Shown: positions 1-10,004 of the stretch, one piece after another
How positions within the stretch are numbered: the first letter of the stretch is position 1
Layout: every line of letters starts with the position of its first letter
Source of the DNA: Candidatus Delongbacteria bacterium
GTDB taxonomy: Bacteria > CAIWAD01
Assembly (NCBI GenBank): GCA_963663545.1
Contig: OY760505.1
Span: 2,688,001-2,752,000 of the forward strand
Direction: 5' to 3'
DNA length: 64,000 nt
The notes under the pieces: generated by a model
What the model was told of the DNA's origin: nothing
Database searches by the model: none
What the model saw: the letters and a program-made list of their open reading frames with translations, nothing else
Position numbers and translations under genes: made by a program

Positions 1-343
1 ATTCAAAGAGCCAACGGTGATCCACATTGGAACCGAAGCTACCCATGCCACAGCTCAGTATTACGGTAGATAACTGAGGATTCATTTCAATGAACTTGGT
101 CAGTTTCTTGTAGGAGTAAAAATAGGAATCAGCTGAATGGGCGAAGTTGACTACGTCAGGAAGTAACGAGTCATCCAGGCTGCATTCCATTTGCGAATCG
201 CCAAGTGCAATAGTTGTTACATTTTGTGGGAGTTTGAAGACTTCGCTGTGCAGGATAAGGAAGCGTGTAATAAACATGGATGCGCTGATAGCAAACATGT
301 AAACGAGGGCAAATAATGTGGCGTTACGTATGAACTTGCTCAT
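1..343 (-). CDS. Partial (runs off window) membrane-anchored SGNH/GDSL-like protein, probable partner of the MBOAT
   Basis: Not in the ORF track. Manual translation from ATG at 343: MSKFIRNATLFALVYMFAISASMFITRFLIL...TTIALGDSQMECS..., open to the window edge. N-terminal hydrophobic anchor, GDS block, 7 bp downstream of the MBOAT stop. Confidence 0.65.
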   Translation of the reverse strand, partial: MSKFIRNATLFALVYMFAISASMFITRFLILHSEVFKLPQNVTTIALGDSQMECSLDDSLLPDVVNFAHSADSYFYSYKKLTKFIEMNPQLSTVILSCGMGSFGSNVDHRWLFE

Positions 344-350
344 ATTTCAC

Positions 351-1784
351 CTAAAACTGGAAATAGATGAATTCTTGCTCTCCGAAAGAGCCATACTGCG
401 CAATGAGCTGAACCAGGATCAAATAGAGGATCCATCTCGCCCACTTGGGAACTCCAAGGTTTTCTAATGGGTGCTGGTGCTCACGTCTTAGCCACTCGCA
501 AAGGAGCAGCGCAAAGCTATAGATGAGCGGGCGCAGGTATTGAGTGTAGTCGCCGCCGGTATAGGGTGCGGTGAAAATGCCACCAATGTATGCGAACGAA
601 CTGCTAATGCTTGTGGAGCGAAAGAACACCCACGCTAGCAGGGTCAACGCGAAGGTACCCGCCATCAGTCCCGCTTCGCCCAGAGAAGGGATCAGCCTGC
701 CTTCAGCTATAATTCTGGTGCGCTTGACTCGATTCTTTCTTAATGACTGGGGGAGCAGATAGAGTCCGTTGAGGAAGCCCCACAAAACAAATGTCCAGTT
801 GGCTCCATGCCATAATCCGCTGACGGTAAATGTTATCAGACTATTAATCGCCTGTCGTGCTTTTCCAAGTTGATTACCGCCGAGCGGTATATACACATAA
901 TCCCTGAACCAAGTAGAGAGAGAAATGTGCCATCTGCGCCAGAACTCACCGATATCGCGCGAGAAATAAGGATAGGCGAAGTTTCGCATTAATCGGAATC
1001 CGAAAAGACGGGCAGTTCCAATCGCAATATCTGAATAGCCACTGAAGTCACAGTAAATCTGAAGTGCAAAGAAGAAAACACCAATCAACAACGTCAGGCT
1101 ATCATGTTGTGAATGATTACTGAAGATGTTTTCAACAAGAGGAGCAAGATTGTCCGCAATGATCAGTTTTTTTGCGAAACCCCATAGGATCTGTCTTGAG
1201 CCATCCCTGGCTGCGTCAAAGGAAAAAGATCTACGTTCAAGAAACTGTGGAAGTAGAGCCGAAGCTCTTTCGATGGGTCCAGCGACAAGCTGCGGGAAGA
1301 AGCTTACGAAAGCGAAGAATGCGATTGGGTCGTTTGTGGGCTTCAACTGCCGTCTGTATATGTCTAGTGTGTAGCTTAGAGTCTGGAATGTGTAGAAGCT
1401 GATTCCAACGGGCAGAATAACCCTCAGGGACCAGGGGTTCGCTTGAATACCCATGGTGCCAAGCAGATCAACCATACTTCCGATGAAAAAGTTGAAATAC
1501 TTGAAGAAGCCAAGTGCTCCAAGATTCATGAATAGGCTTACGCCAAGGAGAAGCTTCCTCTTCCGCGGTTCCTCAGTTCTGTCTAGGAGAAGTCCAACAC
1601 CATAGTCCACTAGCGAGCTAATGAATATCAGACTCAGAAATCGCCAATCCCACCAGCCGTAGAACACATAGCTGGCGACGAGGAGTAGGAAGTTCTGTGT
1701 GCGCAGGGATTGCTTCTGCAGTAGCCAGTATGCTGCGAACACCAATGGCAGAAAGACCGCGAAGGTTAATGAGTTGAATAGCAT
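351..1784 (-). CDS. MBOAT family O-acyltransferase (AlgI/PatA-like)
   Basis: Motifs LPVGISFYTFQ, FFPQLVAGPI, IYCDFSGYSD, FWRRWHISLS, SGLWHGA and the C-terminal FIYFQF; multi-TM. Confidence 0.95.
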   Translation of the reverse strand: MLFNSLTFAVFLPLVFAAYWLLQKQSLRTQNFLLLVASYVFYGWWDWRFLSLIFISSLVDYGVGLLLDRTEEPRKRKLLLGVSLFMNLGALGFFKYFNFFIGSMVDLLGTMGIQANPWSLRVILPVGISFYTFQTLSYTLDIYRRQLKPTNDPIAFFAFVSFFPQLVAGPIERASALLPQFLERRSFSFDAARDGSRQILWGFAKKLIIADNLAPLVENIFSNHSQHDSLTLLIGVFFFALQIYCDFSGYSDIAIGTARLFGFRLMRNFAYPYFSRDIGEFWRRWHISLSTWFRDYVYIPLGGNQLGKARQAINSLITFTVSGLWHGANWTFVLWGFLNGLYLLPQSLRKNRVKRTRIIAEGRLIPSLGEAGLMAGTFALTLLAWVFFRSTSISSSFAYIGGIFTAPYTGGDYTQYLRPLIYSFALLLCEWLRREHQHPLENLGVPKWARWILYLILVQLIAQYGSFGEQEFIYFQF

Positions 1785-1820
1785 TCGTCAGACCTTGCCA
1801 GTACTTGTAGCTATGCCATA

Positions 1821-2903
1821 CTATTCGAATATGGCCTCGACAATGCGCTCCGCCGCGTGACCATCCCACATGGGCAGTTCGCCGCGACGCTTAGCGCGCC
1901 CTTTCATCACGGTCTCGAACACCTGTAGAATGCGCTCACGGTTGGTTCCAATAAGATAATTGGTGCCATGATCCACGGTGATGTAGCGCTCAGTGTTCTC
2001 ACGCAGCGTGATACAAGGAATGTCCAACCAGCTTGTTTCCTCTTGAATTCCGCCCGAATCCGTCAGCACCAGCTTTGACTGGCTGTAGAGGTTCAGGAAA
2101 TCCAGGTAACTCAGGGGTTCACTCAGTTTGATGTTGGGCATTGACTCCAAGTAACGAAGCAAGCCGAACTGTTCGGCCATTTTCCGTGTCCGAGGGTGAA
2201 TGGCGAAAACAAGGGGAAGCTGTTGCTGAATAATGTCCATCGTGCCCAGAAGGTTCTTCAGGAGTTCTGGGTTGTCCACATTGGAGGGTCGATGTAAAGT
2301 CACAACGCCGAAGCTCCCCGGATCCATGTAAAATCTGGCGGGTAGATTTCGATCGCCCGCTTTGTTCAGCATGTAGGAAAGCGTGTCAATCATGGGATTG
2401 CCTACCATCTTTACACGCTCGCGCGGGTGGCCTTCTGCCAATAGGTTGCGATCGCCTTCTTCGCAGGTAGTCAGCAGCAGGTCTGAAATCGCGTCGGTCA
2501 CCAAACGATTGATTTCCTCAGGCATGGCGCGGTCACGGCTGCGCAGGCCGGCTTCGACGTGACACACTTTAATGCCCAGCTTGGTGGCAACCAGGCTGCA
2601 GGCGGCCGTACTATTGACATCGCCTACCACCAACACCCAGTCGGGCTTGAACTCGTGACACACGGGCTCAAAGCGCTTCATAATCTCAGCCATTTGCACA
2701 GCGTGACTGGCGCTGCCGACCTCCAGGTTGATGTCGGGCTCGGGTATCTCCAACTCTCGAAAGAAAGAGTCGGACATCTTCTCATCGTAGTGCTGTCCTG
2801 TGTGAACCAGACAGAATTCATGCTCCGTGGCGGAAAAGGCGCGTGCGATGGGAGCTATTTTCATGAAGTTGGGGCGTGCGCCCACAATACCAATAATGCG
2901 CAT
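1821..2903 (-). CDS. wecB: UDP-N-acetylglucosamine 2-epimerase (non-hydrolysing)
   Basis: GARPNFMK, HTGQHYD, HVEAGLRS, PEEINR, DSGGIQEE. Start moved to MRIIGIVG (2903) because the longer ORF overlaps the upstream gene. Confidence 0.93.
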   Translation of the reverse strand: MRIIGIVGARPNFMKIAPIARAFSATEHEFCLVHTGQHYDEKMSDSFFRELEIPEPDINLEVGSASHAVQMAEIMKRFEPVCHEFKPDWVLVVGDVNSTAACSLVATKLGIKVCHVEAGLRSRDRAMPEEINRLVTDAISDLLLTTCEEGDRNLLAEGHPRERVKMVGNPMIDTLSYMLNKAGDRNLPARFYMDPGSFGVVTLHRPSNVDNPELLKNLLGTMDIIQQQLPLVFAIHPRTRKMAEQFGLLRYLESMPNIKLSEPLSYLDFLNLYSQSKLVLTDSGGIQEETSWLDIPCITLRENTERYITVDHGTNYLIGTNRERILQVFETVMKGRAKRRGELPMWDGHAAERIVEAIFE

Positions 2904-2916
2904 CAGGGATCCTGTT

Positions 2917-3879
2917 CTAGAGCTGAACCTTGTAATACTCCACGTACCAGTCGAGGAAGTTCTTGATTCCAACGTCAATATTGGTAGTCGGCAGATAACC
3001 GAGCAACTCTGTGGAATGGTCGATGTCGGCGAAACTCGCAGGAACGTCGCCCGGCTGCATTGGCAGCATTTCTTTTTCGGCTTCGCGTCCAAGATACTTC
3101 TCGATGAGACCAATGAAATCCATCAGGCGTTCGCTTCGGTGATTGCCCAGGTTGAAGACTTCACAGCGGTAGTTCTTGTCAATGGAGGCGCGAATGCCGG
3201 AAACGATATCGTCTACATAGGTGAAGTCGCGTCGCATTTCGCCGTAGTTGAAGACCTTTATTGGCTTCCCCTTCACAATGGCATCTGCAAAAAGGAATAG
3301 TGCCATGTCCGGACGTCCCCAAGGTCCATAGACGGTGAAGAAACGCAAGCCGGTAGTATGCATGCCGTAGAGATGACTGTAGCAGTTGGCCATCAGCTCG
3401 TTGGCTTTTTTAGTTGCGGCGTAGAGCGAGATCGGATTGTCAACGCGATCCTCTACACTGAAAGGTATCTTCTCGTTGCCGCCATAGACCGAGCTGGAGG
3501 AGGCATACACCAGGCCTTCCACATCATTGTGGCGGCAGAGTTCAAGGATGTTGAGGAAGCCTACCATGTTGGAATCCATGTAGACATGAGGATGGGTCAA
3601 ACTGTAGCGCACACCCGCCTGGGCAGCCAGATTGACGACGCGCTCTGGCTTGAATTGCTGGAACACGCTGGTCAATGTATCACGGTCTTCGAGGCTGACA
3701 CGCTCGAAGCGGAAGTCGCCGCTCTTCTTCAGCAGCTCCAGACGATCCCACTTGACCTGCGGGTCGTAGTAGTCATTGACAGAATCAATGCCAAGAACCT
3801 GCCAACCGTCAGCCAGCAAGCTGCGACTCAGATGAAATCCAATGAATCCGGCTGCTCCGGTAACCAGGATGCGACGCAT
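2917..3879 (-). CDS. NAD-dependent epimerase, UDP-glucuronate 4-epimerase-like
   Basis: TGAAGFIG, NLAAQAGVRYS, ASSSSVYG, YAATKK, RFFTVYGPWGRPDMA; AAAGGAG RBS before the ATG at 3879. Confidence 0.92.
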   Translation of the reverse strand: MRRILVTGAAGFIGFHLSRSLLADGWQVLGIDSVNDYYDPQVKWDRLELLKKSGDFRFERVSLEDRDTLTSVFQQFKPERVVNLAAQAGVRYSLTHPHVYMDSNMVGFLNILELCRHNDVEGLVYASSSSVYGGNEKIPFSVEDRVDNPISLYAATKKANELMANCYSHLYGMHTTGLRFFTVYGPWGRPDMALFLFADAIVKGKPIKVFNYGEMRRDFTYVDDIVSGIRASIDKNYRCEVFNLGNHRSERLMDFIGLIEKYLGREAEKEMLPMQPGDVPASFADIDHSTELLGYLPTTNIDVGIKNFLDWYVEYYKVQL

Positions 3880-4175
3880 GTAAAACTCCTTTCGTACTAA
3901 GTCCATAGGATAAGATATCCGTTGGCAATGATTGTCTATCGACAGTACAGCATTGCGTCTTTTGTCTGCTGCTCATGTGAGCCGTATCACTCAAACGCTC
4001 GTAATTTTAACTCATCCTGAAGATCGCAATGAGATATTCCGAAATAATGAGCCAGTGCCACACTTTCCGGATGATATCCGGATCCTTGAACTGTTGTGAA
4101 TGCTTGGTGTACTTGCGAAGGAGACGGAAGATTGGGACTTTACCTGCCAGCACAATCGACAACGGGTATTCCGGA

Positions 4176-4964
4176 ATGAAACATTCACAGATTTTGAACT
4201 TGGCATTGCTTGTATCACTGCTGTGTACGTCGTGCAGTCTACGTTCGCGTGATACATTGGAGCCAGAGGTCCAGCAGACACCAGCCACCAGCGCTGTGAC
4301 ACAAATTGAAGGTGCGAGTGCTCCACCGCTGCCACCCGTTGTCAACACGGACGCAGGCTACCTGATTCAGCCCGGGGACAAGATGACTGTTTACTTTCCC
4401 TCTGCGGCGGATTATGGCTTTGCGGCACTGGTGCGGCCGGATGGATATATCACATTGCCGTTCTTCGGTGATCAGATGGCAGAAGGACGAACGCCTGAAG
4501 AGCTTGCCAAAGCTGTGACGAAGCGATATTCCAACATCCTGCGTGACTCCCGCGCAGTTGTTGGGCTAACCGAAACGGGGCCGCAGCCTATCTACATTTA
4601 TGGCGAAGTGAGTAAGCCAAATCGCTATGTGTATTCTCGCGGTCTGGACTTGATGAGTGCCATTACCACTGCCGGTGGTACCCTACGTTCGGCTTCTCTG
4701 AGTAATGTGATAGTGATACGCGTGTCCGCTGAAGGAGCTTACACGTATCAATCGCACAACCTGAATGATTTACTGGACAGCTCCTTTCCCCAGCCTGTCT
4801 GGCTTCAACCGCGTGATATCGTCGTTGTGCCAACTTCAACCATCGCAGACATTGGCCTCTGGATTGACCAGTATGTCAAGGTCTTTTTGCCGCCTGTGGA
4901 CTCCTTCCTGCGTGGCCGGTATTATTGGTACCTGGCAAGCGATCTCATTGGCAAAACGGACTAG
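4176..4964 (+). CDS. Polysaccharide export (OPX/Wza-like) lipoprotein
   Basis: Lipobox-like LLCTSC; YLIQPGD, VRPDGYITLP and GEV..P SLBB motifs, LQPRDIVVVP; amphipathic C-terminal helix. Start moved to MKHSQIL. Confidence 0.85.
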   Translation: MKHSQILNLALLVSLLCTSCSLRSRDTLEPEVQQTPATSAVTQIEGASAPPLPPVVNTDAGYLIQPGDKMTVYFPSAADYGFAALVRPDGYITLPFFGDQMAEGRTPEELAKAVTKRYSNILRDSRAVVGLTETGPQPIYIYGEVSKPNRYVYSRGLDLMSAITTAGGTLRSASLSNVIVIRVSAEGAYTYQSHNLNDLLDSSFPQPVWLQPRDIVVVPTSTIADIGLWIDQYVKVFLPPVDSFLRGRYYWYLASDLIGKTD

Positions 4965-4973
4965 GGGGGCGGT

Positions 4974-6437
4974 TTGTACCTGGACCATTTTGGCCTGGCA
5001 GAGGAGCCTTTTTCGGTCACCAGTGACCCCCGCTTTCTTTTCCTGAGCGATAGCCATGAAGAGGCGTTGGCCCACTTGACCTATTGCGTCGAATACCGCA
5101 AGGGTTTTGCCGCCATTACTGGTGAAGTGGGAACTGGAAAGACTACTCTTCTCAACACGCTGATTTCACGCCTGGACCAGCAACACAGTGTTGCCTTTGT
5201 TTACCAGAGCGCAGGAAGCACTATCGAGCTGATGCGCTATGTTTTCAAGGATCTTGGTCTGGCAGTAGAGTGCCGTGACCGCACTGAGTATCTGAACCGT
5301 TTCAACGATTACCTTCTGCAAGAGAATGCGGCTGGCAGAGAGGTCGTGCTGGTGGTGGACGAGGCGCAGAACCTTAGCATCGAGGTGTTGGAAGATCTGC
5401 GGCTGATTTCGAATTTCGAGGCTGGCAGTAAAAAACTTGTGCAAATCATTTTAGCCGGGCAAAGCGAACTTGGTCAGAAACTACGACTGCCCGAATTGCG
5501 CCAGCTAAATCAGCGCATTGCCATTCAGTACGTGTTGCAGCCGCTCGGTGTTGAGGAGACTGCAGCTTACATCCAACATCGACTGAAATCAGCCGGTGCA
5601 AGCCGCGTGGATATCTTTCAACCCAAGGCACTGAAGGCAATTTTTAGCGCTACCGGTGGCGTACCACGCCTGATCAACCAAGTCTGTGATACGGCTATGT
5701 TGCGCACCTTCTCTCAGAAGAAGCAGGTGATTAGTGCGCAAATTGTGCATGATGTAGTACGCGAGGACTTCCAGTTCAGGCACAGCGTCAAAGATGGATC
5801 AAAGCCCGCTCCTACGGATTTCACATTGAAGCGTAGATCTGGTCTGAGGCTTACAATCATTCTTGCTGTTTCCACGCTTGTCGTCTTTGGTGTTGCCTGG
5901 ATCGGCTATTTGCTTCGAGGCATTACTTCGGAAACAGTAGGTGTGCCAGCTGATGTTGACAGCATCAGCAAACAGGCTGAGGTTGATTCCACGCGCGTCG
6001 AGTTGGAGCGTTTACACGCCGAGCTGCAATCGTTGCAGGAGCAGATTGCCCAAGGCGAATCTCATGCAAACGAAGCCGCGAGCGCTTCCATCGAGGAAAT
6101 GCATAGAACCCGAAGTGATCGTGTTTCAAGTACTATGAACAGTGAAGGCGCGCGCGTTCAGGTGCCCGAGCAAATGAACGTCGACAGGTCTATCGCCCAA
6201 ACTACTGCGATCTCTGCTGAGACCTCAGTGGATCCAAGTAATCCCGAAGCGATGTTGATTCGCATCCGTGAAGGTGACACAATCGTCAAGATTGCCCATC
6301 GAGTGTATAGTTACTCTGATTGGGAACTGGTTCAGCGGATCTGGGAATTGAATCCCCAAATTGGAAATCCGAACCTGATCCAGACAGGAGACCTGCTGCG
6401 GATTCCGAGAACCGTAAGGAGCAACTCACGTGAGTAA
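4974..6437 (+). CDS. ExeA/GspA-like AAA ATPase with TM helix, coiled coil and C-terminal LysM
   Basis: YLDHFGL.EEPF N-terminus, Walker A GEVGTGKT, Walker B VVDEAQ, GGVPRLIN; LysM-like IREGDTIVKIA...NPQIGNPNLIQTGDLLRIP; TTG start. Confidence 0.88.
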   Translation: MYLDHFGLAEEPFSVTSDPRFLFLSDSHEEALAHLTYCVEYRKGFAAITGEVGTGKTTLLNTLISRLDQQHSVAFVYQSAGSTIELMRYVFKDLGLAVECRDRTEYLNRFNDYLLQENAAGREVVLVVDEAQNLSIEVLEDLRLISNFEAGSKKLVQIILAGQSELGQKLRLPELRQLNQRIAIQYVLQPLGVEETAAYIQHRLKSAGASRVDIFQPKALKAIFSATGGVPRLINQVCDTAMLRTFSQKKQVISAQIVHDVVREDFQFRHSVKDGSKPAPTDFTLKRRSGLRLTIILAVSTLVVFGVAWIGYLLRGITSETVGVPADVDSISKQAEVDSTRVELERLHAELQSLQEQIAQGESHANEAASASIEEMHRTRSDRVSSTMNSEGARVQVPEQMNVDRSIAQTTAISAETSVDPSNPEAMLIRIREGDTIVKIAHRVYSYSDWELVQRIWELNPQIGNPNLIQTGDLLRIPRTVRSNSRE

Positions 6438-7818
6438 CCAAGGTACGGCTCGCAGGCTGACCGTTCATGTATTCCTCAGTACAGTATTTAAGTACTGGAG
6501 ATTTATTGCTTTGTGCGTTGGTCTTGCCACGGCTGCAACTTTACTGTACATGCTGCGCAGCCCTGATGTGTACAGATCGACGATTACAGTCTCGGTAAAT
6601 CCTGAGCGGCTGCAGAGTGTCAGTTTGTTGCGCAAGGAACAGTTCGTCTCAAACGCGTCCCTTCGTGAACTCATTAATTCTGAAATGGCTGTGCTCACCT
6701 CTCCTTCAATTGTATACGCAGCGTGGAAGAAGGCTCGCCCGGAGGCTGTGACAACCCTCGGTGAGGAGGAGATGTGGAAGCAATCGAGTTCAATGGCTTC
6801 GCAGATTACTACTTCTCCGGTTCGTAATGCTCTGTTGTCCAATGTTCGATTCCACTATACAGATCCTGAACTCTGCTCAGACATCCTGAACGAGTTGGTG
6901 ATTGCTAGAATGGAGCAATTGCTTCGGGAGCGGCAGCAGGGAGAGAACCAGGATTTTAACCGGCTTCTTGATCGCACTGAAGAGGTGATTGACTCGCTGG
7001 ATACTATCATCGGCCAGTTGCAGTTGGACGAAGATGTTTTTAGTTCTTCCCAGGAAATCTCCTCACTGTTGACACAGCGATCTACAAATGCAACTCGCAT
7101 AAAAGAGTTACAGCAAGAACAGTTTCGTTCCAGCTTGATGATTGATATGTATGAGACTAGTCTGGCGAGCGATTTGAATATCGAAGATGTGCCCTTGCCC
7201 AAAGACACATCTGTTCTTGCCGAGCTAAGGCGCCTTTGTCGTGATCGCGCTCGACTTGTGGAACTTCAGTTGGAAACTTTGCTGGCGGACGCACCTGAAG
7301 TAGTAGTCGCGCAGCAAGATCTGGCGAATGTTCGAGCACAGTATCGTTCCGAAATCGAAATTGCCTGCTCTTTGTTAAAGGCTGATAAAACCATAATCAG
7401 TGCGGAAATAGAAGAACGTTTTCAGCGGCAAAGTGAATTCGATGCGCGTCTTCGTCGGTATCCAGTGATTAATCATATTTTGGATCGTCTGAATGACGAA
7501 AGAAGCAAGCAACAGTCCATGCGTGATATTCTAAGGAACCAACGCAATGAGGCTCAAATTGCTTTTTTGCAAATTAGTTCTTCTCGATACTTAGAACTGA
7601 TCAGTCCTGCCGTTGTACCGACGTCCCCGGTTAAGCCAAGGCGAATTCTAAGCACACTATCAGCCTTCATCCTAAGCACAATGGCTAGTATCATGCTGTG
7701 TTTCCTTATTGAGAGTGCGGCAAATGTTATTGAAAGCCCAGATGAGTTGGCTGAGCTGCTGGATATAGAAGTTGTCGCTTCCTTACGCCGAGTGAACAGG
7801 AAGAGAAGAGGCCAGTAA
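6430..7818 (+). CDS. Polysaccharide co-polymerase / chain-length determinant (GumC/Wzc membrane part)
   Basis: Two TM helices flank a long coiled-coil region; PAVVPTSPVKP before TM2; IESPDELAELLDIEVVA tail. Confidence 0.8.
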   Translation: MSNQGTARRLTVHVFLSTVFKYWRFIALCVGLATAATLLYMLRSPDVYRSTITVSVNPERLQSVSLLRKEQFVSNASLRELINSEMAVLTSPSIVYAAWKKARPEAVTTLGEEEMWKQSSSMASQITTSPVRNALLSNVRFHYTDPELCSDILNELVIARMEQLLRERQQGENQDFNRLLDRTEEVIDSLDTIIGQLQLDEDVFSSSQEISSLLTQRSTNATRIKELQQEQFRSSLMIDMYETSLASDLNIEDVPLPKDTSVLAELRRLCRDRARLVELQLETLLADAPEVVVAQQDLANVRAQYRSEIEIACSLLKADKTIISAEIEERFQRQSEFDARLRRYPVINHILDRLNDERSKQQSMRDILRNQRNEAQIAFLQISSSRYLELISPAVVPTSPVKPRRILSTLSAFILSTMASIMLCFLIESAANVIESPDELAELLDIEVVASLRRVNRKRRGQ

Positions 7819-8534
7819 TGTCTGTCTATCGCGACTTATTGAAAAAAGAGCAGGCCGAGGAAGTCCGTAAGTCGACGGGTGAGGCTACGACCAGTAGTGC
7901 GATTCAGAGTAAGTATCCCTATCCGCAGGATCTGATGCACATGGTCGATCGTGTTATTGATGCTGAATATCGCACGATATCAATTACAAGTGCTCGCGAA
8001 GGAGCCGGTGCAAGCTTCGTAGCGAAGGAGTTTTCTCAAGTTCTAGCGCAGAACCTTGCGAAATCAATTGTTCGAGACGATAAGGCCCGTGATCGTGTGC
8101 TTTTAGTAGAAGTGCGCTTGGATAAGAAGCGCGATCAGGCTCTTGCTACTGATTTGGACTCCGATTCTCTGATGGCGCAGACAATGATGTATAATAAGGA
8201 TCAGTATCCTGGTGTGGATTACATTGCCGCAGTACCCTCTGGTCAAGCGCCACTAGAGTTCGTGAACTCCTTGTGGAGTTTTCACGAGCGATCAGGATTT
8301 TTCTCACGGTGGCAAGTAGTGGTATTCGACTTACCGCCTGTGTTATCGTATCGCGAGACCCTCGCACTTACCAGGCGTACAGATGCTGCCTACCTTGTTG
8401 TCGAGCATTCTGGTACGAAGTATGATATTGCATCGGCGGCAGCGCGACTTATTCGTCGTGGTGGTAATTTGGCTGGTGCTATCTTAAACAAGAGGCAAAT
8501 GCGGATTCCTATGTGGTTGTATAGAATCATATAG
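7818..8534 (+). CDS. CpsD/CapB-like BY-kinase domain, degenerate Walker A (probable pseudokinase)
   Basis: ITSAREGAGAS, RVLLVE, VVVFDLPPVL, GAILNK; coupled to the co-polymerase through a TAATG overlap. Confidence 0.75.
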   Translation: MSVYRDLLKKEQAEEVRKSTGEATTSSAIQSKYPYPQDLMHMVDRVIDAEYRTISITSAREGAGASFVAKEFSQVLAQNLAKSIVRDDKARDRVLLVEVRLDKKRDQALATDLDSDSLMAQTMMYNKDQYPGVDYIAAVPSGQAPLEFVNSLWSFHERSGFFSRWQVVVFDLPPVLSYRETLALTRRTDAAYLVVEHSGTKYDIASAAARLIRRGGNLAGAILNKRQMRIPMWLYRII

Positions 8535-8543
8535 GGGAATTGC

Positions 8544-10004
8544 GTGATAAAACACCTGATATCCTCTGCGGTAGCTATAGTATTTGCAGTTCTTGTATTT
8601 TCCTATGTTACCCAAGATAATCGACTTGCTTTGGCTGCGATCGCTGCCATAGCAATGGTTGTTATTGTTGTTACACCTTTACGCGTGATGACGATACCTA
8701 TTATCTTCCTACTAGATGAAATTGTGTTTACATTCGGATACGGGTCGAATCGGCTTTTTGGCGCACGTATTGGTTTTGCGGATGTGTTAATCGTTGTTAG
8801 CGCTGTTTACTATTTGACCGCAAATCTAGTGCAGTATCATCGTGATCGCATTGTAGTTCCGAACATGCTCTCGTGGCTTGCTTTAATTGTTCTTGGTTGT
8901 GTTAATTTGATGATGTTTAATACGTATTCCGAACAGTCGATATTATTTTTACAGATGTTCATTATCGAGCCGTTTTTAGTAATATTTATTGCCATGTATA
9001 CGCTGCGTTCTAGAAGAGACATTGTAATAGCTGTGGCATCAATGGGGCTTATTATGTTAATTTCTAATATATGGTACGTTGATCGTCTTTACGAGGTTAC
9101 GGGTAATTTGTTGCCTACTGGTGTTATTGATTTGTTGGATTTGGCAAATGCAATGCCAGACTTGTACTCCAATAAAAACATTTATGGTGCGATAAACGTA
9201 ATTTTCGCCATATTAGGCATCTACTTCTACCGTTCGCAGCATTCAAGAATCAAGAAACTAGTATTTCTCATACCTACGTTTGTATGTCTGTACGCGATTC
9301 TTCTATCGTTGTCGAGAGGTGTTTATGCGTCATTACTTCTAGCACTAGTGTTAGTAGCTCTATTATCCGGTGGTAGGGTCGTCGGAAACTTGATCTCAAT
9401 TGTAGCTGTTTCTGCAGCACTCTTTGCCGTAAGCGTTGCAACTGGTTTGTTGGAGGTGATGGCAAATAGATTTGCAGCTGGCGATTTGAATCGCATCGAG
9501 TTGCTTCATCAGGTGTCAACGATTATTGGGAATTATCCAATATTTGGTGTTGGAATGCATGAGGCGTATTATCAGGATGCGATGCGAGATTTAGGGATTA
9601 TTTCAATTTCAGGCGTATATGCCCATCCTCACAATAGTTATTTGCAGGCTGCGGCATTTTTTGGTTTGCCAGGAATGATTTTGCTTGTTAGTATTCTCGC
9701 CAATATCTGTATATTGTTGTTTAGGACTCCGGCGGAGGGTTCAGATCGATACCTCCGAACAGGATTTCTGACTGCGGTGATAGCGATGCTGGTTGATTCT
9801 AGTACAGATTTCATTTTGTTTAACATGTACTCGAGTCATGCTTTCTGGATAACGGCAGCCGTAGCTTTAGCGTGGGTGTCGAGTAAAAATCGAGAGTTGG
9901 GATTACATCCAACTGAGCCTTTGTCTAGAACGCAGGCGAAAGGTGTACAGCAAACTAGCGACGAAAGCGCACAACCGGGCGAGATTGAAGCGAGGCTTTT
10001 GTGA
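8544..10004 (+). CDS. O-antigen ligase / Wzy polymerase family membrane protein
   Basis: Multi-TM; LSLSRG, YPIFGVG and HPHNSYLQ...GLPG motifs. Confidence 0.85.
   Translation: MIKHLISSAVAIVFAVLVFSYVTQDNRLALAAIAAIAMVVIVVTPLRVMTIPIIFLLDEIVFTFGYGSNRLFGARIGFADVLIVVSAVYYLTANLVQYHRDRIVVPNMLSWLALIVLGCVNLMMFNTYSEQSILFLQMFIIEPFLVIFIAMYTLRSRRDIVIAVASMGLIMLISNIWYVDRLYEVTGNLLPTGVIDLLDLANAMPDLYSNKNIYGAINVIFAILGIYFYRSQHSRIKKLVFLIPTFVCLYAILLSLSRGVYASLLLALVLVALLSGGRVVGNLISIVAVSAALFAVSVATGLLEVMANRFAAGDLNRIELLHQVSTIIGNYPIFGVGMHEAYYQDAMRDLGIISISGVYAHPHNSYLQAAAFFGLPGMILLVSILANICILLFRTPAEGSDRYLRTGFLTAVIAMLVDSSTDFILFNMYSSHAFWITAAVALAWVSSKNRELGLHPTEPLSRTQAKGVQQTSDESAQPGEIEARLL

Noticed and set aside
2904..3113. N-terminal extensions in the ORF track for wecB (also wza, wzx, pilD, C25 and PIG-L)
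   Set aside because: They overlap upstream genes or terminators or precede the family-typical N-terminus; downstream starts fit better.
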